Assembly (NCBI GenBank): GCA_035312365.1
Contig: DATGCB010000401.1
Span: forward strand, 1-44,416
Length of the DNA: 44,416 nt
Direction of reading: 5' to 3'
Source of the DNA: Eudoraea sp.
Lineage (GTDB): Bacteria > Bacteroidota > Bacteroidia > Flavobacteriales > Flavobacteriaceae
Positions 37,570 through 44,416 of the stretch are shown here, piece after piece. The notes beneath the pieces were generated by a model. It had not been told where the DNA came from and did no database searches. It saw only the letters and a list, made by a program, of their open reading frames with translations. Numbering within the stretch: position 1 is the stretch's first letter; each line of letters starts with the position of its first letter. A program made the position numbers and the translations under genes.

Positions 37570-38828
37570 CAAATTGGAAGGTCATATTGAATATTGCCAA
37601 GACGCACCTGATAACCAAAAGGAAATCTACCATTACTGCGGGGCTTGGGGTGACTTTTGGCATTGGGGCCTATATTACCCTGGTGAGCTTTATGACAGGA
37701 TTGAATGCCATGTTAGACAGCCTGATCCTGAACCGGACGCCGCACATCCACATCTACAACGAAATTGAACCAACGAAACGGCAACCCGTTTCCCTGTACA
37801 CTGAATTTGAGAATTCCTTTAATGTAATACGTTCCGTAAAGCCGAAGCAGAGCCAGCTAAAAATTCACAATGCCCTGCCCATATTGAGCTATCTGAAGCA
37901 ACAAAAAAATGTAAAAGGGGCCATTCCACAACTCCGGGCTCAAATTTTCTACCTCTCAGGATCTATAGAACTGGGCGGAAACCTGCTTGGGGTGGATATT
38001 ATGGAAGAGGTACGCCTTTACAACATACGCGATTATATCGTTGAGGGTACGGCAGAAGCTTTGAAGAACAACGAGAACGGGATTCTTATAGGTGCCGGAG
38101 TCGCTAAAAAAATGTCCCTTACGATTGGGGACCGTGTACAGATAAGTACGGTGATGGGCGATGTTTTCCCCCTTAAGATTGTAGGAATCTATCAAAGTGG
38201 AATTGCTGACATTGATAATATTCAAAGTTATGCCAACCTCAGGACAGTACAGCGCATTCTGGGTGAAGCTGAAAATTATGTCACGGATATCAATGTAAAA
38301 CTCTTCAATATTGATGGAGCCCCGGCTATGGCTAACCGCCTGGAAAGACAGTTTAAGCTAAAGGCAACAGATATCAATGAGGCCAATGCCCAGTTTGAAA
38401 CCGGATCCAATATCAGGAACCTGATTACCTATGCGGTATCCATCACGCTGTTGATCGTTGCCGGATTTGGGATCTATAATATCCTCAACATGCTTATTTA
38501 TGAAAAAATGAAGGATATTGCCATCCTGAAAGCGACAGGCTTTTCTGGAAAGGATGTCCAGTTTATCTTTATGAGTCAGGCTATGATTATAGGTGCCACT
38601 GGTGGTATCCTGGGTTTAATCGTCGGATACGTGCTTTCAAATGTAATAGATAACGTGGCTTTTGAGACCGAAGCCCTGCCTACCATCACTACCTTTCCGA
38701 TCAACTATAACATCTGGTACTATGTGATCGGTATTTCATTTGCATTGCTATCGACCTTTATCGCCGGATACCTGCCCTCTAAACGGGCCAAGCGCATAGA
38801 CCCGGTACGTATCATCCGCGGAACTTAA
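37566..38828 (+). CDS. ABC transporter permease (LolC/E-MacB/FtsX family)
   Basis: 1+3 TM topology, EK.KDIAILKATG, YLPSKRA..IDPV; overlaps the adaptor stop. Confidence 0.92.
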   Translation: MTNWKVILNIAKTHLITKRKSTITAGLGVTFGIGAYITLVSFMTGLNAMLDSLILNRTPHIHIYNEIEPTKRQPVSLYTEFENSFNVIRSVKPKQSQLKIHNALPILSYLKQQKNVKGAIPQLRAQIFYLSGSIELGGNLLGVDIMEEVRLYNIRDYIVEGTAEALKNNENGILIGAGVAKKMSLTIGDRVQISTVMGDVFPLKIVGIYQSGIADIDNIQSYANLRTVQRILGEAENYVTDINVKLFNIDGAPAMANRLERQFKLKATDINEANAQFETGSNIRNLITYAVSITLLIVAGFGIYNILNMLIYEKMKDIAILKATGFSGKDVQFIFMSQAMIIGATGGILGLIVGYVLSNVIDNVAFETEALPTITTFPINYNIWYYVIGISFALLSTFIAGYLPSKRAKRIDPVRIIRGT

Positions 38829-38837
38829 CCCTATCTT

Positions 38838-39512
38838 ATGGATTCAGTTTTAGAAGCCCGGGGCATTAATAAATATTTTGAAAAACCAGTGCGTTTTCAC
38901 GTATTAAAGGATATCTCTTTTAAGATCAAAAAAGGTGAATTTGCCTCCATTATGGGAAAGTCGGGTTCCGGGAAATCTACTTTACTGTATATTCTTTCCA
39001 CGATGGACACGGATTATTCAGGGCAGCTGTTCCTGAACAATGAATTGCTGACCGGCAAACGGCATGAGGTTTTGTCCAGGGTTCGGAACAAGCATATCGG
39101 GTTTGTATTTCAATTCCACTACCTTTTATCGGAGTTCAGCGTACTCGAAAATGTAATGCTCCCGGCAAAGAAACTGGCCGAAAAGTCACCTGCGGAAATT
39201 GAACATGATGCCATGGAAAAACTCAGTATATTGCATATAGAACATCTGGCCAAAATGAGGGCTTCGCGAATCTCCGGGGGCGAAAAGCAACGCGTGGCCA
39301 TCGCCCGTGCGCTGATCAACAATCCGGCTATCCTGATGGGCGATGAGCCAACAGGTAACCTGGATAGTTTTAATTCGGAAAACGTCTTTTCCATTTTTAA
39401 AAGACTTAAGGAAGAACAAGGGATATCACTTTTGGTAGTAACGCATGACGAGGATTTTGCGAAACGCACCGATCGCATTATTCAAATGGAGGATGGGATG
39501 ATCATCCCCTAA
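38838..39512 (+). CDS. ABC transporter ATP-binding protein (LolD-like)
   Basis: GKSGSGKST Walker A, ISGGEKQR, DEPTGNLD, VTHD. Confidence 0.95.
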   Translation: MDSVLEARGINKYFEKPVRFHVLKDISFKIKKGEFASIMGKSGSGKSTLLYILSTMDTDYSGQLFLNNELLTGKRHEVLSRVRNKHIGFVFQFHYLLSEFSVLENVMLPAKKLAEKSPAEIEHDAMEKLSILHIEHLAKMRASRISGGEKQRVAIARALINNPAILMGDEPTGNLDSFNSENVFSIFKRLKEEQGISLLVVTHDEDFAKRTDRIIQMEDGMIIP

Positions 39513-39558
39513 AAATAACAGGCCGCCAGGCCCTCAGGGGTTCTCATAAATAAAAAGA

Positions 39559-39852
39559 TCAGCGTTCTTCATGCCTTTGCAGTCGCTTTTTAAGTATTTG
39601 GATCTCCTCCTGCATACGTATTGTTCTCTCCAGTAAATAGTGGATAGCCCCGATCCCCTCCAGGTTGATATTGAGGTCGTGGTGCAGGCGCACCAACTTT
39701 TCAAGCTTCGGCAATTCTTCAATATACATATACTTTTCTTCATCGATGATCCGCAGTGTCAGTAACTCAAATTCCTGCAATTTAAAGATGAAGGACTCTT
39801 CAATCTCATAGCTCCTGCAAAAATCGTCGATGCGGATATACTCGGTTTTCAT
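39559..39852 (-). CDS. cbpM: Chaperone modulator CbpM (MerR-like)
   Basis: RLHHDLNINLEGI pattern; directly downstream of a CbpA-type J protein. Confidence 0.85.
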   Translation of the reverse strand: MKTEYIRIDDFCRSYEIEESFIFKLQEFELLTLRIIDEEKYMYIEELPKLEKLVRLHHDLNINLEGIGAIHYLLERTIRMQEEIQILKKRLQRHEER

Positions 39853-39862
39853 GGCCTGTTGA

Positions 39863-40753
39863 TTATAATTTTAATTCTGAAAGTTCCTTAAAGAGTTCTT
39901 TTTGACGATCGGTAAGATTGGTTGGTATTTTCACCTGGTAGGTAATAAACAAATCCCCGAACTGGCCTTCTTTTTTATATTTGGGCATGCCCTTACCCTT
40001 CAGTTTTACCTTCGTCCCGTTCACGGTTCCCGGCGTTACCTTTAATTTTACATTCCCACTCAGGGTACCCATGGTAATTTCCCCCCCCAGGACGGCCGTG
40101 GTCAATGGGATTTCTATCATTCTATAAAGATTCGCATTTTCTCTCCTGAAGTCCGTATTGTTGGAAATATTGAAATTAATATACAGATCCCCTGCCGGCC
40201 CATTGTTGATTCCCGGACCCCCGTGTCCCGAAATTTTAATGGTCTGCCCGTTTTCCACCCCGGCTGGAATGGTAATGCGTATTTTTTTGTTGTTTACTGT
40301 TAACGTCTGCTTATGCGTGCTCAGGGTATCTGTTAGTTTTAACTGAAGCTCAGCATTGTAATCCTGCCCGCGGAACCTAACCTCCTGGCGTGAAGATCTG
40401 AAATCACCTCCTCCAAACATAGCTTCGAAAAAATCTGAAAAATCCCCTCCTGCACCCCCTGTAGAGGTATAACCTCCCCGTGGTGACGAAGCTTGCTTTC
40501 TGCTTTTCGCCTCTTCAAATGCCTCTGCATGCTGCCAGTCTTTCCCGTATTCATCGTACTTTTTCCTTTTGTCAGGATCGCCCAGCACCTCATTGGCCTC
40601 GTTGACCTGTTTAAATTTTTTTTCGGCTTCAGCATCCTTCGGGTTGAGGTCAGGGTGATATTTTCTGGCTAAATTTCGATACGCCTTCTTGATCTCCTTT
40701 TCAGACGCACTTTTGGACACTCCCAAAACCTTGTAATAATCTATAAATTCCAT
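39863..40753 (-). CDS. cbpA: CbpA-like DnaJ class B chaperone (J domain plus C-terminal domain, no zinc finger)
   Basis: [30 protein letters not shown]; paired with cbpM. Confidence 0.88.
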   Translation of the reverse strand: MEFIDYYKVLGVSKSASEKEIKKAYRNLARKYHPDLNPKDAEAEKKFKQVNEANEVLGDPDKRKKYDEYGKDWQHAEAFEEAKSRKQASSPRGGYTSTGGAGGDFSDFFEAMFGGGDFRSSRQEVRFRGQDYNAELQLKLTDTLSTHKQTLTVNNKKIRITIPAGVENGQTIKISGHGGPGINNGPAGDLYINFNISNNTDFRRENANLYRMIEIPLTTAVLGGEITMGTLSGNVKLKVTPGTVNGTKVKLKGKGMPKYKKEGQFGDLFITYQVKIPTNLTDRQKELFKELSELKL

Positions 40754-40978
40754 AAAAATCGATCTTATGCAAAACGAGGTGGTATCCCCGTTAAATTACT
40801 CAACATCTCCATCATTCAGACTGTGGATAGCTGCCACTTTTGTGGAACGATACTCCCATCCACTAAGCCATGTATTCCGTATACCCGTTAATATGTTAAA
40901 GGTCCTATTTTTTCTATCACTTCGCCCGAAAACCATGACCCAAAGTGCGCAATAAAAACAAAAAGCCGGGGAATTCCT

Positions 40979-42067
40979 CTACCGTACCACCCTGCCCGAA
41001 CCAGCGCCTCCCATAAGCGCTTCCACTTCAGATCGCGCTGAATAGTTAAAATCGCCCTTGATCGAATGTTTGAGACAGGAAGCGGCCACGGCATATTTAA
41101 CAGCAATCTGCGCATCACTTAATTCCGGGGTGTTCAGGGCAAATATCAACCCTCCGGCAAATGCATCGCCACCACCTACACGATCCACAATGTTTTTGAT
41201 CTGGTACGAACTATAATTGCCATTGGTGTCGAGAGGTGCAAAGAATGCTTTATCGGAAACAGCATCATACAACATGGCTCCCCAATTATTATGACTCGCC
41301 GAAAGACTCTCGCGCAATGTTATGGCGACCTTACTGATATTCGGGAATTGTTGTACAACCTGCCTTGCAACATCGGGATACCTGGAAGTGTCGAGGGTTC
41401 CTGAATGAACGTCCGTATTACCCGCCTGAATACCCAAAACGTCATGGCAATCTTCTTCATTCCCGACAACGACATCAACAAATGGTAATATACCTCGCAT
41501 AGTCTCCTGTGCGAGTTCATGCGCCGTTTTAGCCCGGTCCCATTTCCAGAGTTTTCCCCTAAAATTAAGATCGATGGATACCGATGCACCCGCGGCTTTT
41601 GCCTTTTTAGCAGCGGCCAGGGTAGCCCCGGCCGCATTCCCGGACAAAGCAGGGGTTATCCCACTTAAATGAAGCCATTGAGCCCCTTCAAAGATCCCTT
41701 TCCAATCATATTGATCCGGCGGGGTGATCGCTATAGCGGAGTTTTCCCGATCGTAGATAACATTGCTCGGGCGTTGATTAGCCCCGGTTTCTAAAAAGTA
41801 GAGCCCTAAACGCCCTTTATCTGTACGCAGGATGTATCGGGTATCGATACCCGACGCCCGTAAAGAATCCAGCGTAGCCTCTGCCAGCGCATGTTTTGGC
41901 AAGGCCGTTACATAGCGGGCGGTTCCGCCAAAATTACATATGGAAAATGCCACACTTGCTTCGGCGCCCGCATAGGTCACTTCAAGATTACGGGTCTGCC
42001 GTAACCGTAAATTATCTGGTGAGGCCAAACGCCCCATAATCTCTCCGAATGTCACTATTGCTTTCAT
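40979..42067 (-). CDS. kdgK: PfkB-family 2-keto-3-deoxygluconate kinase-like sugar kinase
   Basis: VTFGEIM.RL, HLSGITPAL, DLNFR.KLW, DRVGGGDAF; adjacent to eda. Confidence 0.85.
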   Translation of the reverse strand: MKAIVTFGEIMGRLASPDNLRLRQTRNLEVTYAGAEASVAFSICNFGGTARYVTALPKHALAEATLDSLRASGIDTRYILRTDKGRLGLYFLETGANQRPSNVIYDRENSAIAITPPDQYDWKGIFEGAQWLHLSGITPALSGNAAGATLAAAKKAKAAGASVSIDLNFRGKLWKWDRAKTAHELAQETMRGILPFVDVVVGNEEDCHDVLGIQAGNTDVHSGTLDTSRYPDVARQVVQQFPNISKVAITLRESLSASHNNWGAMLYDAVSDKAFFAPLDTNGNYSSYQIKNIVDRVGGGDAFAGGLIFALNTPELSDAQIAVKYAVAASCLKHSIKGDFNYSARSEVEALMGGAGSGRVVR

Positions 42068-42084
42068 GAATATCCAATCTGTAT

Positions 42085-42756
42085 TTACGACCTTATTTCA
42101 GTGATCAAATTCCTAATTGCTTTTGCATTGGCGGTAATGGCATCCCAGTTTTCAGCTAATATTAATGGCCGTTTTGCTATCCAGGTACCCCCTAAAGCAG
42201 CAATTAACGGAGACTGAAGATAGGTCGCTGCATTGTCCATATTACATCCTCCCAGGGGAATAAATTTCAATCCCAAATGCTGGTAGGGTGCAGCCATACT
42301 TTCCAAATGTCTCATTCCACCTGAAGATTCAGCGGGGAAAAACTTTAAGATACGACATCCCTGCTCAACGGCAATTTCAATATCTGTCGGGGTCATTATT
42401 CCCGGTGCAAATGATAACCGGTACTTCCCGGCCTCTGCGATGATGTTGGGATTACATCCTGGCGCTACCGCAAAATCGGCACCAACATCAACCACTGCTT
42501 TAACCTGATCAGTGGTCAATACCGTCCCAAAGCCAAGAATCATTTCCGGGACCTCTTGTTTAATTGCCCGTGCGGCATCCATCGCGGCTGGGGTACGCAG
42601 GGTCAATTCAATGGTATTTACACCGCCTTTCAAAAGGGCCTCGGCCAGGGGAATGGCATGTTTTACATGATCGATGATCAACACCGCAATGATCCCTGCA
42701 TCGTCTATTTTTTGAATTAATTCAGGCGACATGGCCTGCTGTCCATTAAGTTCCAT
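42085..42756 (-). CDS. eda: KDPG/KHG aldolase
   Basis: IELTLRT, G.GTVL, F.V.PG, PGIMTPTD, LKFFPAE, FIPLGG; start uncertain (42756 or 42732). Confidence 0.88.
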   Translation of the reverse strand: MELNGQQAMSPELIQKIDDAGIIAVLIIDHVKHAIPLAEALLKGGVNTIELTLRTPAAMDAARAIKQEVPEMILGFGTVLTTDQVKAVVDVGADFAVAPGCNPNIIAEAGKYRLSFAPGIMTPTDIEIAVEQGCRILKFFPAESSGGMRHLESMAAPYQHLGLKFIPLGGCNMDNAATYLQSPLIAALGGTWIAKRPLILAENWDAITANAKAIRNLITEIRS

Positions 42757-42889
42757 ATTTATGTTCTGCTTTTCAATTAGTACTGTATTTTCCTGGCAAG
42801 CGATTGTGTTGGCCTCCTCCAAAGAAGCCAAAACTACTACAAATGTCTTAAATTATTTTAGCCCATTTACCACTCACCCAGGTGTGGAA

Positions 42890-43684
42890 TTATTCCAATT
42901 GTTGATCAAAGAAAAGTAAACTTTTTTTAATATGTTTTTTCCAATAGGGCCATTCATGTCCCCCCGGAAATTCCTGATAGACATGATCCACCCTGTTTTC
43001 CCTTAAACTCGTATGCAAAGCTCTGTTGTACCCCAGCAATATATCCTCGGTGCCGCAGTCGAATCGGATTCCCGGTAAGTTGTTCCTGTTGCTTTGTATG
43101 ATGTCCCAAACAGCCTGGTTTTTGTTTTCGGTGTGGAGGTAACTGTCTAAGGGCTCCTCTACAAACATCGGCATTTGGTCAATTGAAGTAATGGCCGAAT
43201 GCGCCGATACCGCTTTAAAGATATCCGAATACTTAATCCCCAAACACAGGGCACCAAAACCCCCCATGGATAATCCTGAGATAAAAACGGAAGATCTATC
43301 GCTTACCTGATCAATATTCTGCAAAATAGCCTGCCGAACATCTTCTACTATCCATTTTTCAAAATTGAGGTTTCCATGGGTCACATAGGCGGAACCATCT
43401 CCCCAAAGTCCATCCGATGGCATAGCGATGACCATTGGTCGTATTTCACCTTCCCGTATCATTTTCCATGCAGTCAGGTGTACGCCACCTTTTAGAGACC
43501 ACGCCCATGAACTTCCGTAGACCCCGTGGAGCAGGATCACAATCGGAATATCCTGTATATTGGTCAGCGGGGGCGTAAAAATGCAGATATCCCCCCTTCC
43601 CTTTAAATTTATCGATTTAACTGTAATGAACCTCAGGTTGTTACATTCAAATTCCGGATTTGATATTTCGGTGGTTCTAAACAT
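42890..43684 (-). CDS. Alpha/beta-hydrolase esterase (S-formylglutathione hydrolase-like family)
   Basis: LLHGVYG, nucleophile GLSMGG, DCGTED, GGHEW.YW; ATG 43684 (MFRTTEIS) overlaps the ADH stop. Confidence 0.88.
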   Translation of the reverse strand: MFRTTEISNPEFECNNLRFITVKSINLKGRGDICIFTPPLTNIQDIPIVILLHGVYGSSWAWSLKGGVHLTAWKMIREGEIRPMVIAMPSDGLWGDGSAYVTHGNLNFEKWIVEDVRQAILQNIDQVSDRSSVFISGLSMGGFGALCLGIKYSDIFKAVSAHSAITSIDQMPMFVEEPLDSYLHTENKNQAVWDIIQSNRNNLPGIRFDCGTEDILLGYNRALHTSLRENRVDHVYQEFPGGHEWPYWKKHIKKSLLFFDQQLE

Positions 43685-44416
43685 ATTTGGTCTGATAAAA
43701 TTCGATAACCCCTTTGGCATTTTTACCGTTCAACAGATCATTAAAGGCGTCCTGCAAATTTTCAAGAGGATAGGTACTTGTGATCATCTCCTGCAATTTT
43801 AGGTCACCTGTTTCATAATATGCAATTAATTTAGGAAAATCCCTTGCCGGACTACATCCTCCGTACAAAGGATTGATATATACCTTATCCCATTCAAATA
43901 AATTCATATCCACGGGTATTTCCTGTTCAATCCCGCTTACCTGTACAGCCATTCCGGCATTTCTAACCATAGCCAGGGGGGCAACCCCCAGTTCCGGTAC
44001 CGCAGTACATTCAAATGCGTAATCTGCTCCCCTTCCCGCCGTCAATAATTTTACTGCCGTAGCTGCCTTTAATAAGCCTTTGTCTTTTTTATCGGCATGA
44101 ATTAGGTGGGTGGCCCCAAGCCTTTTGGCCATGGCCAGGCGGCTTTCTTTGATGTCAATTGCAATGATCATGGATGCCCCCTGAATTTTAGCACCCTGAA
44201 TGACGCTGAGCCCTACACCACCGGTACCCAATACTACAACGGAACTCCCCCTTGTAACTTTTGCCGAATTTACCACTGAACCGTATCCTGTCATAACGCC
44301 GCAACTTATTATACTGGCCGCAGCAAAGGAAATGGTGGAACAATTATATTTAACGACCGCGGAGGCTTTCACCAAAGTGTATTCCGAAAGTGTTCCAATA
44401 TTAAAAGACCTTTCAA
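43677..44416 (-). CDS. Zinc-dependent alcohol dehydrogenase (MDR, class III-like), 5' end outside the window
   Basis: Frame is open to the window edge (ERSFNIGTLSEYTLVKASAVVK); SCGVMTGYGSV, GTGGVG Rossmann motif, GADYAFECT. Confidence 0.9.
   Translation of the reverse strand, partial: ERSFNIGTLSEYTLVKASAVVKYNCSTISFAAASIISCGVMTGYGSVVNSAKVTRGSSVVVLGTGGVGLSVIQGAKIQGASMIIAIDIKESRLAMAKRLGATHLIHADKKDKGLLKAATAVKLLTAGRGADYAFECTAVPELGVAPLAMVRNAGMAVQVSGIEQEIPVDMNLFEWDKVYINPLYGGCSPARDFPKLIAYYETGDLKLQEMITSTYPLENLQDAFNDLLNGKNAKGVIEFYQTKYV

Overview
Bacterial chromosomal window, most likely a marine Flavobacteriaceae (Bacteroidota). This is inferred from the gene families, the TAnnTTTG -7 promoter boxes, AT-rich non-Shine-Dalgarno start regions and a T9SS C-terminal domain. 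Positions 1-29.7 kb are mostly housekeeping: M61 peptidase, pyrH-frr, a Tat-exported sulfite-oxidase-family/cytochrome c pair, an MMPL transporter, asnS, rpoN, a PorT-like barrel, exbB-x-exbD-exbD, tRNA-Ser(GGA), asparaginase, tatD, sucA-sucB, an amidohydrolase, galE, a DegT aminotransferase, waaA and a sugar porter. Positions 29.7-44.4 kb are more accessory. They hold an unlisted 42-aa membrane ORF, a T9SS-secreted poly-Pro/Ig-repeat protein and xth. Next is a stress-type islet (flavin-binding protein, PepSY-like protein, degenerate archease, ABC exporter, cbpA-cbpM), in which three promoters share a TGA-N6-TCA box at a fixed distance from the -7 element. The window ends with part of a Zn-ADH/esterase/eda/kdgK sugar-catabolic cluster. 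No transposase, integrase, phage gene or CRISPR array was seen. All calls come from motif recognition; no database searches were run.
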